From an uncultured cyanobacterium (GTDB lineage: Bacteria; Cyanobacteriota; Cyanobacteriia; Cyanobacteriales; Cyanobacteriaceae), in the NCBI GenBank assembly GCA_963710605.1, contig CAVQBA010000006.1, forward strand, positions 64,001 through 128,000: a stretch of DNA of 64,000 nucleotides, written 5' to 3'. A program made the position numbers and the translations under genes. Positions within the stretch are counted from its first letter, which is position 1. Each line of letters starts with the position of its first letter. Shown here one piece after another: positions 23,510 through 34,809 of this stretch. The notes under the pieces were generated by a model. The model was not told the DNA's origin. It ran no database searches and was given only the letters and a program-made list of their open reading frames with translations.

Positions 23510-25084
23510 ATGTTTTGGGCGGATAAAATAGCACAGAAATCTCAACAAGAAGAATTAGTTAACGATTCTAAAACCCCTTCAGGAAGAGTACACGTAGGTT
23601 CGGTTAGGGGCGTAATTATTCATGATGTTTTATATCGTGCCTTGAAAAGACTAGACAAACCTGTCAAATTTACTTATGGTGTTGATGATTACGATGCCCT
23701 TGATAATGTACCTCACTATTTAGATCAAGAAAAATTTACTCCTTATTTGGGTCAACCTCTTTGTAATGTACCTTCTCCCGATGAAAGTGCTTCTGATTAT
23801 GCTAAATACTTTATGGGTGAGTTTTTAGAAGTATTTGAATATTTGGGTGTCAAACCAGAAATTTATTACCTCAGAGATTTATATCGTGAAGGTAAACTAA
23901 ATAGTTATATCGATAAATTTTTACAACACGCTCAAGATATAAAAGACGTATATAAAAAAGTTAGTAACTCCGATCGAGCTGACAACTGGTATCCGTTTCA
24001 AGTTATTTGCCCGAATTGTGGCAAAATCGCTACTACTGAAGTTACTGATTATAATGGTGAAGAAGTTTTTTTCACTTGTAAAGAAGATGCCACCGATTAT
24101 GTCAAAGGATGTGGGCATCAAGGTTGGATTTCTCCTTTTGATGGTAACGGTAAACTACCTTGGAAAGTGGAATGGGTAGCTAAATGGGATTTAGTCGGTG
24201 TCACCATGGAGATGGCAGGAAAAGATCATTCTCAAAAAGGAGGCTCAAGAGATGTCGCTAATGGTATCTGTAGCAAAGTATTACACCAAAAACCACCTTT
24301 TCATTCTCCTTATGAATTTATCTTAGTTAATGGTACTAAAATGAGTTCGTCTAAAGGAGTCGGCTCAAGTGCTAAAGATATGGCACAGTTGTTACCTCCT
24401 GAGTTATTACGTTTTCTTATGTTACGTACACAACCACGTACGGTAATTAATTTTTCTCCTGATTATGAAACTATTACACGTCTATTCCGAGATTATGATA
24501 GTTTGATCGAAAAATATGCTGAATATAAAGCTGAAGATAAAGATATAGAATCAGATAAAAATTTGTTAGCTTTGCTTTATGCTCAAACAGATGGCGAAAT
24601 AGTTTCACATAATCCTGTTGAGTTGACTACCATCATTTCTTTATTACAAATACCTCATTTAGATTTAAAAGAGGAAATCATTAAACGATCGACTGTAGAA
24701 TTAACTGATTATGATTGGCAAAAAGTAGATGAAAGAATTACTGTTGCCCAAAAATGGTTAGATGATTATGCTGATGAAGAAGAAAAACTAGTTATTTATT
24801 TTGATGAAATTCCTGATACTGTATCGTTATTAACTGATGAGCAAAAACAGTATTTAAGTAAGCTTAAAGAAGTTTTATCAAATGTACCAAGGTGGGATGG
24901 TGAACCTTTACAAACAGCTTTATTTGATGCTCTAAAAGCGTTAGATATGAAACCTAATATTGCGTTTCCTGCTGTTTATTATAGTTTCTTAGGTAAAGAT
25001 AAAGGTCCTAAAGCAGGTTATATATTCTCTTATTTAGATAAAGATTTTGTTTTTAAACGTATTGATGATGCGATTAATAGCTAA
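23510..25084 (+). CDS. lysS: Lysine--tRNA ligase, class I (LysRS1)
   Basis: SKTPSGRVHVGS (HIGH-like), KMSSSKG, CPNCGK, GKLPWKVEW and GKDH motifs; GPKAG in the anticodon domain. Confidence 0.93.
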   Translation: MFWADKIAQKSQQEELVNDSKTPSGRVHVGSVRGVIIHDVLYRALKRLDKPVKFTYGVDDYDALDNVPHYLDQEKFTPYLGQPLCNVPSPDESASDYAKYFMGEFLEVFEYLGVKPEIYYLRDLYREGKLNSYIDKFLQHAQDIKDVYKKVSNSDRADNWYPFQVICPNCGKIATTEVTDYNGEEVFFTCKEDATDYVKGCGHQGWISPFDGNGKLPWKVEWVAKWDLVGVTMEMAGKDHSQKGGSRDVANGICSKVLHQKPPFHSPYEFILVNGTKMSSSKGVGSSAKDMAQLLPPELLRFLMLRTQPRTVINFSPDYETITRLFRDYDSLIEKYAEYKAEDKDIESDKNLLALLYAQTDGEIVSHNPVELTTIISLLQIPHLDLKEEIIKRSTVELTDYDWQKVDERITVAQKWLDDYADEEEKLVIYFDEIPDTVSLLTDEQKQYLSKLKEVLSNVPRWDGEPLQTALFDALKALDMKPNIAFPAVYYSFLGKDKGPKAGYIFSYLDKDFVFKRIDDAINS

Positions 25085-25135
25085 TAATTGAGAATATCTG
25101 AATTATTGATTGTGTAAAAGTTATAAAGATATAAA

Positions 25136-25162
25136 AGGGACGTTGTTATGTAACGTCTCTAC
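25136..25162. repeat. GTAG-family REP-like palindrome after lysS
   Basis: AGGGACGTTGTTATGTAACGTCTCTAC, related to GTAGAGACGTAGCATTGCTACG at 31670. Confidence 0.6.
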
Positions 25163-25352
25163 TTTTTTATGACAACAAATATTCCACAGCTTTAAAAGAT
25201 ATTATTCTTACTTTTAAAGTAATATATTAATCACTTTCAAAATGAAAATAGATAGATTCAATTTTGCTCCTTACTTATAAAGGTAAAAGTCTAGATAAAA
25301 TATTTTATTCTCAAAAGTATATTTAAAAAATATTAATAAAACGATCGGTAAC

Positions 25353-25514
25353 TATAGCAGTAAACTAGTTAATTACGACAAATATTGTGAATCAAAAATT
25401 TTGATTGAAAATCCATATTTCTCTGTATTTCTCTGTATTTCTCTGCGCTCTCTGCGTTCTCTGCGGTTGTATAATTACTCAATAAATGTCCTAATCAAAT
25501 CGTTTTTTGCTATA
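25353..25514. mobile_element. MITE-like element, family B, with internal (TCTCTGYR) tandem repeats
   Basis: TATAGCAGTAAACTAGTTAATTACGACA...TGTCCTAATCAAATCGTTTTTTGCTATA termini. Confidence 0.6.
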
Positions 25515-25579
25515 CAATTAAGTTTTACAATCAAAATTTGAAAATTAATAAAACACGATCGATTAATCAACTAAAAATA

Positions 25580-26071
25580 ATGAAAAAATCACCATTAAAA
25601 TCTAAAAACAAACTTTTCAATCAATCTAAATTGTTAACAATATTTTTAACTAGTTGGGGATTTAATCTGATTAATCTTAATTTAATTGAAGCCAAACCAG
25701 TAACATATGACTTTACAATTAATGTAGTTGAAGGCTCACTAAAAGGAAATACTTACAACGGTTTTTTTTCTTATGATGATGAAGAATTAACAGGAAAAGA
25801 AACCGAAACAATCAACGCCGAAAATGGTTTAAAAGTCTGTATGAACTTTTTTGATCAAATTCATAACGAAACCAAAGATGTTGATTATCCTCAATATCCT
25901 GTTTTAATATTTAATCAAGGTAAACCCGAAACATTAGATTTTTGGATGGAATCACCTAAACGTAGTATTTGGTGGAATCGTAATGGCTGGAATGTGGAAA
26001 TCACTCCAAGAGAAAATCAAACTCAAGTAACTAATTGCGATTGTTTAAAGCCATTGACAATGGATAATTAA
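25580..26071 (+). CDS. Hypothetical secreted protein (resembles the N-terminal domain of cyanobacterial PEP-CTERM proteins, no sorting motif)
   Basis: Signal-like region then VTYDFTINV..GSLKGNTYNGFFSYDD; probable ATG at 25580. Confidence 0.6.
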   Translation: MKKSPLKSKNKLFNQSKLLTIFLTSWGFNLINLNLIEAKPVTYDFTINVVEGSLKGNTYNGFFSYDDEELTGKETETINAENGLKVCMNFFDQIHNETKDVDYPQYPVLIFNQGKPETLDFWMESPKRSIWWNRNGWNVEITPRENQTQVTNCDCLKPLTMDN

Positions 26072-26453
26072 TCAAAGTATCAAAGTATAGTAAAGGACAA
26101 AGTTAAATAGACAAAGGCAAAGGATTCAAAGGAATTGATATAGACTTCATAATACTAATAATCACTAGATCAAATTATAACTATTAACTAAAGAGGTTTT
26201 TAATTAATGTTTTTTAAAAAATATAATTAGAACTCTTTTTTTTGTTTTTAACTATTATTATTTATATTTTTTGTATTTATAAAAATAAATAGCTTGTGTC
26301 TTAAAACTTAGTTGACACTAGATATAGTGGAAAGAAAATATGTACTGCAAAAACTAAAAAAAACGGTAGAAATAATCGAAACAAAAGATGTATAATAAAA
26401 AACCTTGAGCTAAACAAGAAATTACAGTTTTGTCAAAAAATAGATAAAGTACG

Positions 26454-27368
26454 ATGATCAAGTATCAAAAAAATAAAGAAAATAAAAGTAAGTATTATGC
26501 GGTCGCTTTACTTTATACAAATGGAGAAGAAAATCCAGAAGAATTATTTTGGGAAAACATCAGTCAACCATATAAATCAATATTAGAAGAATGTTATGAT
26601 TGTGCTGAAATAGGTAAATATCAAAAATTAGAACAAATTACTAATAATATTAAATATCAGCGTTTAAGCTATATCAAACTAGGTATATTACTTTATCAAA
26701 CTAGATACTATAAATTGTATAAAAAAAAGTATTATAGCTTTACAACTTATTGTAGAAAAGAACTTCATTATCATAAATGGAGAGTAAATCAAGTAATAGA
26801 ATCAGCACAAGTTGCAATTAAACTTATCAAAGCAGATTTCGATATAATTCCTCAAAATGAAACCCAAGCTCGAATTTTAACCAAATTAAATGAAGTAGAA
26901 TTAATTAGTAAATGGCAAGAAGTATTAGATACTTATGAGCCACATGATATAACAGCTAAAAGAATAAAAAAAGTAGTTTTTGGAGAGAAACAAATAACTA
27001 AAGGAACAATAAAATTACCAATTAATCTTATTACTAAAATAGAAAATAAATCATGGGAAATAGGTATCTCTTCCGCTGATTTGATTAGTAAAATAATTGA
27101 GGGAGAATTATTAATTAATAGTGATGGAAGTATAGAAAATCATTTAGTTGAAACAGAAGAAATAACTCATAATCCTTCAACAGAAGTATTAGAAAGATGG
27201 GAAAAAGATTTGGATAAACTAGTTTTATCTGATAGAAATAAAATAGATGATTTTGCTGAAGATTTAGCTGAAGAAGTAAAAAATACAGTAACAGATTTTC
27301 AAGAAGTGATTAAAAAACGTTTTATTAAGTCGTTTTTAGAACCTTTATTCAGCTTAGAAAATATCTAA
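26454..27368 (+). CDS. Hypothetical protein, very AT-rich, mobile-element-like
   Basis: 304-aa ORF with a YYSFTTYC...IPQNETQARIL motif; no CGATCG site seen. Confidence 0.7.
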   Translation: MIKYQKNKENKSKYYAVALLYTNGEENPEELFWENISQPYKSILEECYDCAEIGKYQKLEQITNNIKYQRLSYIKLGILLYQTRYYKLYKKKYYSFTTYCRKELHYHKWRVNQVIESAQVAIKLIKADFDIIPQNETQARILTKLNEVELISKWQEVLDTYEPHDITAKRIKKVVFGEKQITKGTIKLPINLITKIENKSWEIGISSADLISKIIEGELLINSDGSIENHLVETEEITHNPSTEVLERWEKDLDKLVLSDRNKIDDFAEDLAEEVKNTVTDFQEVIKKRFIKSFLEPLFSLENI

Positions 27369-27509
27369 AGTAGTGGACAGTAAAGAGTGAACAGATAATA
27401 ATTAGTCATCAATACTTTTTACGAATTACTTAATTTTCAATAATAAACTATTTATATCTTTAATTCTCCCCGAATAATTGCGGACAGTGCAAGAATTCAT
27501 CTCCATTCC

Positions 27510-29981
27510 CTATTTCCTAACGTATTTTGTCATTGCTTGTTTAATATCGTCACATTTAATCGGTTTAGCCACAAAGTCATTCATTCCCATTTGTAAACAA
27601 TTATCCTTATCTTGAGATAAAGCAGAAGCTGTCATAGCAACAATCCATGGTTGATTAACTTTTTCAGTTAATTTTCTTATTTGTTGTGTAGCTGAAAAAC
27701 CATCAAGTATAGGCATTTGTATATCCATAAAGATAAGCGGATAATTTTCACAATCAAACATTAAAACTGCTTCTTTTCCATTTTGAGCAACATCTACATT
27801 CTGATAACCTAGTGTTTGTAAAATTAGTAATGCTACTTGTTGATTAATTTTATTATCTTCAACTAACAATATTTTCAAATTATTGATTGATATTTTTTTA
27901 TTCTCAAAGTTATTCAATGAAGAATTACTGAGAGATTGAGAAAATAAATCATTAAAAGCTAAACATAATTGTTTGTATTGGATAGGTTTAGTGATGAAAG
28001 TGACTGGAGAAGATGTCGTTTTGGTTAATTTATTTTTGTGTTCTATACTTAGAGGTGTTAAATAAATTAAAGGTATTTCAGGAAAATATTGTTGGATATT
28101 TTGTTTGAGTTGTATTTGCTTAATTAGGGTTAAAGGATAATCAAGAATAATTACATCGATTGAAGCAAAATTAATGTTATAATAAGAATTAGAATCTTGA
28201 CATATCTGGGTCATTAAACCTAAATGCTCACAATACAAACTTAGCATTTCGATCATACTTTGAGATTCAAAAATAATTAATACTTTTTTATTCTTAAAGT
28301 TCACTTGAGGGCAACATTGACTTGCAATGGTTGTTAGGTTTTGTATTTGATACTCTAAAGGTAGAGTAACCTTAAATTGAGAACCTCGATTGATTTTACT
28401 TGTAACAGTAATTTCTCCCCCCATCAACTCAGTTAGTTTTTTACTAATAGTCAATCCTAACCCAGTGCCTCCGTATTGACGAGTGGTAGAAGCATTAACT
28501 TGAGAAAAAGCATCAAAAATATGCTTCAAACGACTACTAGGCATCCCAATACCTGTATCTTCAACAAACAAACAAACCTCAACTATATTTTCATCTACAA
28601 TCTCAATTTTTTGAGTAACAACTATTTCTCCTCTTTCAGTAAACTTAATTGCATTACTAACTAAATTAAGAATCACTTGTTTAATTCGATTAATATCTCC
28701 CACTAACAGATAATTATCTTGGGGGTAACAAACATAAATAAGATTTAAACCTTTTTTTTCAGCTTGTAATCCGACTACATTAATTACTGATTCGATATTT
28801 TCATTAAGATTAAAAGCAATTGATTCTAACTCTATTTTTTGTGATTCTATTTTGGATAAATCTAAAATATCATTGATAATCGTGAGTAGAGTATTACTAC
28901 TTTGATTAATAATAGATAATAAATTTTTTTGCTCTTGATTGAGGTTAGTTTGAGCTAATAATTCAGCCACACCAATAATACCATTCATCGGAGTTCTAAT
29001 TTCATGACTCATCGAAGCGAGAAAATCGCTTTTGGCTTTACTCGCCGTTTGTGCTTTTTCTTGGGCTTTTTTTAAGGCTAGATTACTCTTTTTTTCTTGC
29101 TCAAGAAGTCTAGCTTGACTAATGGCTATCGCTAATTGCTGGGCAACACTTTCGAGTAAATTTATTTCTGAGGTTGTCCAATTTCTAAATCGATCGCATT
29201 GATGTAAGCATATTAAACCATTTACTTGATTTTTATAGTAAGTACGGACACATAAAATTGATTTTAATTGTATTTGTTCACAAAAATCAATTAATGATTC
29301 TAACAAAGGTTCTTGATAAATATCGTTAGTAGCGATCGCTTTTTCACTTTCTTTAATAGCAAAGAAATAAGAATCACTAGCTGATAAATGCGTATCAACT
29401 CCTAACAGAGGAATAAAATCACCATTAATTGCTTCTGCTGTCATCTGAAAACAAGCTGATTGCTCACGATTATAAGTAAAAATTTGACAACGATTAACTC
29501 GAAAATGATTAATCAAAATTTGTACGGCTTGAGCAAATAACGTCTCGATATCAAGGTTTTGCCGAATATTTTGGGTAATTTTTTTGAGAATAATTTCTTG
29601 CTTTAATTTCTCTTCAATATGAGAAACTTTTTTAATTAATTTATATTTGTTTTGTACTTTTTGATACCGACAAATAATTACTTTTTTGTTGATTCGTTCT
29701 AATTTAACTTTAAATGGCAAACTTAAGTTATTTTTTGTGTTTACTAAAACTTCGTTTTCCCATAAACCTTCTTTTTTACAAACCGAAACACCTTTTTCCA
29801 GTAATTTTTGTGAAGATGCTTGATGATGCTCTAACCACGAATTATTTAATAATTCATTTTTTGCATAACCTAATAATTGCAAATATTGCTGATTAACAAA
29901 TATATATTTAGTTTCTTCAATGATAACTATTGCTTCATCTAGATAATTAATAGCTATATTTTTGGATTTATCTAAGATCAT
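27510..29981 (-). CDS. Hybrid sensor histidine kinase (PAS-GAF-HisKA-HATPase-REC-REC)
   Basis: MSHEIRTPMNG H-box; NLVSNAIKFT; DTGIG; GGTGLGL; MDIQMP receiver. Confidence 0.95.
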   Translation of the reverse strand: MILDKSKNIAINYLDEAIVIIEETKYIFVNQQYLQLLGYAKNELLNNSWLEHHQASSQKLLEKGVSVCKKEGLWENEVLVNTKNNLSLPFKVKLERINKKVIICRYQKVQNKYKLIKKVSHIEEKLKQEIILKKITQNIRQNLDIETLFAQAVQILINHFRVNRCQIFTYNREQSACFQMTAEAINGDFIPLLGVDTHLSASDSYFFAIKESEKAIATNDIYQEPLLESLIDFCEQIQLKSILCVRTYYKNQVNGLICLHQCDRFRNWTTSEINLLESVAQQLAIAISQARLLEQEKKSNLALKKAQEKAQTASKAKSDFLASMSHEIRTPMNGIIGVAELLAQTNLNQEQKNLLSIINQSSNTLLTIINDILDLSKIESQKIELESIAFNLNENIESVINVVGLQAEKKGLNLIYVCYPQDNYLLVGDINRIKQVILNLVSNAIKFTERGEIVVTQKIEIVDENIVEVCLFVEDTGIGMPSSRLKHIFDAFSQVNASTTRQYGGTGLGLTISKKLTELMGGEITVTSKINRGSQFKVTLPLEYQIQNLTTIASQCCPQVNFKNKKVLIIFESQSMIEMLSLYCEHLGLMTQICQDSNSYYNINFASIDVIILDYPLTLIKQIQLKQNIQQYFPEIPLIYLTPLSIEHKNKLTKTTSSPVTFITKPIQYKQLCLAFNDLFSQSLSNSSLNNFENKKISINNLKILLVEDNKINQQVALLILQTLGYQNVDVAQNGKEAVLMFDCENYPLIFMDIQMPILDGFSATQQIRKLTEKVNQPWIVAMTASALSQDKDNCLQMGMNDFVAKPIKCDDIKQAMTKYVRK

Positions 29982-30816
29982 TTCTTAAACATAAGTAATA
30001 TTCTGTTATTGATTTTCATTATAAATCACAAACATCTTAGCCGCTATACTTTTACTAAACTTAATATTAAAATTATTTACTATTATATTTTTTAATTTTT
30101 TAGCCAATAATACATTATCTGTAATTAGAATATAAGCTAATATATCTCGAACTTATTAATAAAATAGCTTGGGTTTAAAACATAACGATGGCTAGTAAAA
30201 TAAAAGCAAAGCTATTGATCTCATAGATTAATTATTTTTGAGTAAAAGTAACAGCTCAAAAATACGCCTATCGTAATCTAAAACTCAAATAAATATTTAC
30301 TGTCAGAAACATTATAAGAGAATAAAATAATATTGATATTTATCATAGATAACTAAAACAGTAAAAATACAATTAAAAAATACTTGATTATAAATGTAAA
30401 TTATCTAAAGAAAGTGATTTGGAGCTAAAAATAGTATAGATTGCCTATAAACTAATCTAGTTTTAACTAGGATGATTTTTAATTTTTAATTAGTATCTAA
30501 ATACAATTTGAGGAAATAATTGGTAAAATTTAAGTAAATATTTCGATCGATAAAGATATTAAAACAACGTGATTATTTAAATGTATAGTTTGTATTATTC
30601 AGTGACCAAAGTTTAAATAAAGCTTTTTTTGGTAGATTGATTAAATAATTTAATCTATACCTACAGAACGATAGACAGTATGTCACAACCAAGAGATAAT
30701 ATAGTATTCACAACAACTGCTTAGATACAGATTTAGCTAAAAAAACTTCTGACAAATTTAGTGAAACTGTCTGTGTCATTACTACCAATTATTTTCATTA
30801 ACATACATATATATCA

Positions 30817-33769
30817 ATGTCGGCTAAAATTACTATTCGTGGTGCTAGACAGCATAACCTTAAAAATATCGATTTAGATTTACCTCGCAACCAATTAATT
30901 GTCTTTACAGGTGTTTCAGGATCTGGTAAATCATCCCTTGCTTTTGATACAATATTTGCAGAGGGGCAGCGTCGTTATGTAGAGTCTTTAAGTGCTTATG
31001 CTCGTCAATTTTTAGGGCAGTTAGATAAACCTGATGTTGATAGTATTGAAGGATTATCCCCCGCAATTTCGATCGATCAAAAATCAACTTCCAATAATCC
31101 TCGCTCTACAGTAGGTACGGTAACAGAAATTTACGATTATCTACGTTTACTTTATGGTAGGGCAGGCGAGCCTTTTTGTCCTAAATGCGGTCAATCGATC
31201 GCTCCTCAAACTATCGACGAAATGTGCGATCGTATTGTTAGTTTACCTGAAAAAAGCAAAATACATTTACTCGCTCCTGTGATTAGAGGTAAAAAAGGTA
31301 ATCATAGTCAACTACTCTCAGGATTAAGAAGTCAAGGTTTTGCCAGAGTTAAAGTTAATGGTGAAATTAGGGAATTAGCCGATAACATCGAGTTACAACC
31401 GCAACAAAAACACGATATTAGTGTAGTAGTCGATCGTTTGATTGTTAAACCAAAAATTCAAGAAAGACTTTCAGATTCGCTTTCTACCTGTCTTAAAATA
31501 GCCGATGGGATAGCGATCGTCGAGGTTTTAGATAGCCCCCCTAGCCAAGAAACCACCCCTAGTCACTCCTTGCAAGGAGAAGATACCACCCCTAGCCCCT
31601 CTTTGCAAGTAAACAAAACCACCCCTAGCCCCTCCTTTCAAGGAGGGGGAGAAGAAAAAGCCCCCCTTTGTAGAGACGTAGCATTGCTACGCCGTGGGGG
31701 TTGGGGGGATCAAATTGTCTTCTCAGAAAACTTTGCTTGTCCGACTCATGGGGCGGTAATAGAAGAGTTATCTCCTCGTTTGTTTTCTTTTAATTCTCCT
31801 TATGGTGCTTGTTCTAATTGTCACGGTTTGGGTACTTTGAAGCGATTTTCTCCTGATTTAGTTATACCAGATCCATCCGCTTCTGTCAGAAGTGCGATCG
31901 CACCTTGGCAATATAAAGATAATGACTATTATATGTCGTTACTTGAATATACCGCCGATGAATACAAATATAACCTAAGTGATAGTTGGGATAGTCTTAG
32001 TGAAAAACAACAACAGATTGTTTTGTATGGAGATAAAGAAATTCAAAATATTCAATATGGTTATTATCGAGGAGTTATTCCCATGTTGGAGAAAACTTAT
32101 CGAGAAACTAACTCTGAGATTATTAAACAAAAATTAGAGCAATATATCGAGCATCAAACCTGTGGCGTATGTGAAGGTAAACGGCTTAAACCCGAAACTC
32201 TTTCCGTCAGATTAGGGCAATACAATATTAATCATTTAACTAGCGTTTCGATTGATGAATGTTTAGAGAAAATAAATCAGATTGAATTGACACCCAGACA
32301 AGCACAAATTGGTGAGTTGGCTTTAAAAGAAATCAGAGAGCGATTACAATTTTTACTTGATGTTGGTTTAAACTACCTTACTCTCGATCGAACTGCCATG
32401 ACTTTATCTGGTGGTGAAGCACAACGTATTCGTTTAGCTACTCAAATTGGTTCAGGATTAACGGGAGTATTGTATGTTTTAGATGAGCCTAGTATCGGTT
32501 TACATCAACGAGATAACGATCGTTTACTAGAAACCTTAAAAAAATTACGAGATCTCGACAATACTTTGATTATTGTAGAACATGATGAGGATACCATCAA
32601 GTTTGCTGATTATATCGTTGATATTGGCCCGTAAAGCAGGTGTACATGGTGGCGAGATTGTCTGTAAGGGGAATTTACAAAAACTACTCAAATCAAGAAA
32701 GTCTCTCACAGGTGCTTATTTATCAGGACGTAAAAAAATTGAAATTCCTGAAACTAGAAGAGAAGGTAATGGTAAATTTTTAACCCTAAAAGACTGTCAT
32801 CGCAACAATTTAAGACATCTTGACGTAGATATACCTTTAGGTAAATTTGTGAGTGTAACAGGGGTTTCTGGTTCGGGTAAATCGACTTTAATTAATGAAC
32901 TACTATACCCTGCCTTGCAACATCATCTTAGTCGTAAAGTACCTTTTCCTAAAGAGTTAGGTAGTTTTGAAGGGATAGAAGCGATCGATAAAGCCATTGT
33001 AATTGATCAATCTCCCATCGGACGTACACCTCGATCGAATCCTGCCACTTATACAGGGGTATTTGATGTAATTCGGGATATGTTCACTAAGACAATAGAA
33101 GCAAAAGCTCGTGGTTATAAAGCAGGGCGTTTTTCTTTTAACGTCAAAGGAGGTAGATGTGAGGCTTGTAGTGGGCAAGGGGTAAATGTTATCTCGATGA
33201 ATTTTTTACCTGATGTCTATGTCCAATGTGATATTTGTAAAGGAGCAAGATATAACAGAGAGACACTACAGGTTAAGTATAAAGGACATTCGATCGCTGA
33301 TGTGTTGGATATGACGATCGAAGAAGCGTTAGTGGTATTTGAAAATATACCCCGTGCGGTGAATCGTTTACAAACTTTAGTTGATGTGGGTCTATCTTAT
33401 ATCAAGTTAGGACAATCTGCACCAACTCTTTCTGGTGGTGAAGCACAAAGGGTTAAGTTAGCCACCGAGTTATCTCGTCGGGCAACAGGTAAAACAATTT
33501 ATTTGATTGATGAGCCAACTACAGGTTTATCTTTTTATGATGTACATCATCTACTTAATGTATTACAAAGATTAGCAGATAAGGGTAATTCGATCGTGGT
33601 AATTGAGCATAATTTAGATGTAATTAAATGTGCCGATTGGATTATCGATTTAGGTTTAGAAGGTGGTGATAAAGGAGGAGAAATTATAGCAATGGGTACA
33701 CCTGAAGAGATTGCTAAGTCGAAGAAATCTTATTTGGCAAAGTATCTGAAGCCCTTGTTAAAGAAATAA
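30817..33769 (+). CDS. uvrA: Excinuclease ABC subunit A, split by a +1 frameshift at ~32631 and carrying an in-frame repeat insert
   Basis: Two GVSGSGKS Walker A and two LSGGEAQR motifs across ORFs 30817-32634 and 32582-33769; the expected DIGPKAGVHGG is broken at GGCCCGTAAAG. Confidence 0.95.
31534..31711 (+). repeat. In-frame repeat-derived insert in uvrA: 3 x 33-bp unit plus nested REP elements
   Basis: ACCACCCCTAG... units at 31552, 31585 and 31618; CCCCCCTTT[GTAGAGACGTAGCATTGCTACGCCGT]GGGGGTTGGGGGGAT. Confidence 0.85.
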
Positions 33770-33817
33770 TTTCTCTTTTTATAAATAAAATATTTGTTAA
33801 ATCAGTCATCAGCCAAA

Positions 33818-34075
33818 ATGTATGAACTTCAATATAGTAAAACTGCGATTAAAAAATTACGAAAAATACCCAAAAACTTGGTTAAAAGTATTCAACGCAA
33901 ATTAACGGAAATTGCTGAAAATCCTTATGAAAATCATCCTAACGCAAAAAAGCTAGTTGGTAGAAGAGGTTATAGGCTCAGAGTCGGTGATTGGAGAGTT
34001 ATTTACGAAATAGATAACGATAAAATTGTTATTCTAGTATTGACAATCGATACTAGAGGAGATGTTTATAAATGA
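33818..34075 (+). CDS. relE: RelE/ParE family toxin
   Basis: GYRLRVGDWRVIYEI...RGDVYK motif; ATGA overlap with the downstream antitoxin. Confidence 0.9.
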   Translation: MYELQYSKTAIKKLRKIPKNLVKSIQRKLTEIAENPYENHPNAKKLVGRRGYRLRVGDWRVIYEIDNDKIVILVLTIDTRGDVYK

Positions 34076-34431
34076 ACACGGAAATTATTAATAAAAATGG
34101 TAAAAATTATGCTGTTATTCCCTACGAAATTTATCAACAACTAATTGAAGATGCAGAAAGTTTGGCTGATATTCAAGCCTATGATGAAGTAAAAGAAAGA
34201 AAAGAAGAGAATTTTCCGAGTTATATAGTCGATTGAATTTTTATTAATCAAGAAAATTCGATTAAAGTTTATCGAGAATATCGTAGTTTAACTCAATTGG
34301 AGTTAGTGAATAAAGCTAATATTAGTTTTGAAAAGTTACAACAAATTGAGAGTAATATTGACTTAGCTGATAAAGATGATTTAGAAACGATAATTAAAGT
34401 CTTAAATGTTGATTTAGATATGATTGGCTAA
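34072..34431 (+). pseudogene. XRE/HTH antitoxin with an in-frame TGA at 34234-34236
   Basis: MNTEIINKNGKNYAVIPYEIYQQLIEDAESLADIQAYD...SYIVD*IFINQENSIKVYREYRSLTQLEL...LNVDLDMIG; same frame either side of the stop. Confidence 0.85.
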
Positions 34432-34537
34432 CTGTAATTCGTGGTGAGATTTCAATTAAGTCTTTTCAACGGGCAGGAAATCGATCGAATTCTTGATTAA
34501 TAAACCAAAACCAAATATGAGTATCGAGAATAATCAT
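34432..34537 (-). pseudogene. Truncated VapC/PIN toxin N-terminus
   Basis: MIILDTHIWFWFINQEFDRFPAR*KDLIE...; ATGA overlap with the upstream antitoxin; the rest of the gene is absent. Confidence 0.8.
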
Positions 34538-34755
34538 TTTAGACATTCCCACTCATCTTCATCTACAATAGGACTTACTATATCTCCAATCGTTTTTCCT
34601 TTACCTGCAATATTTTGAGGTGGTATTCGAGGTGTTGGAGAAATAGGTGATTCTTCAACAATAGTAATTATGACACGGGCAGAATCTATCTTTGGTTTAT
34701 CATTAAGCCATTTGACTTGACCATTTTCATATATGGCTTCATAGCTTTTCAACAT
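34534..34755 (-). CDS. Small antitoxin-like protein (DUF104/AF2212-like N-terminus)
   Basis: MLKSYEAIYENGQVKWL; C-terminal GDIVSPIVDEDEW; directly upstream of the PIN remnant. Confidence 0.75.
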   Translation of the reverse strand: MLKSYEAIYENGQVKWLNDKPKIDSARVIITIVEESPISPTPRIPPQNIAGKGKTIGDIVSPIVDEDEWECLK

Positions 34756-34809
34756 AATTACACACGATCGATATTATTATATTCATTATACTTCCAGCAA
34801 CATTTTAGC

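Noticed and set aside
29982-30816. Long AT-rich intergenic region as an ncRNA, origin or LexA-regulated promoter
   Set aside because: No convincing structure, DnaA-box cluster or cyanobacterial LexA box (RGTAC-N3-DGTWCB) could be read.
31534-31711. UvrA insert as an intein or intron
   Set aside because: Too short, with no C/S...HN-C/S/T splice motifs and no intron structure; it is explained by dispersed repeats.
32582-32634. Programmed ribosomal frameshifting in uvrA, purB or ldpA
   Set aside because: No common slippery-site/stimulator architecture; too many unrelated genes are affected; sequencing indels are more parsimonious.
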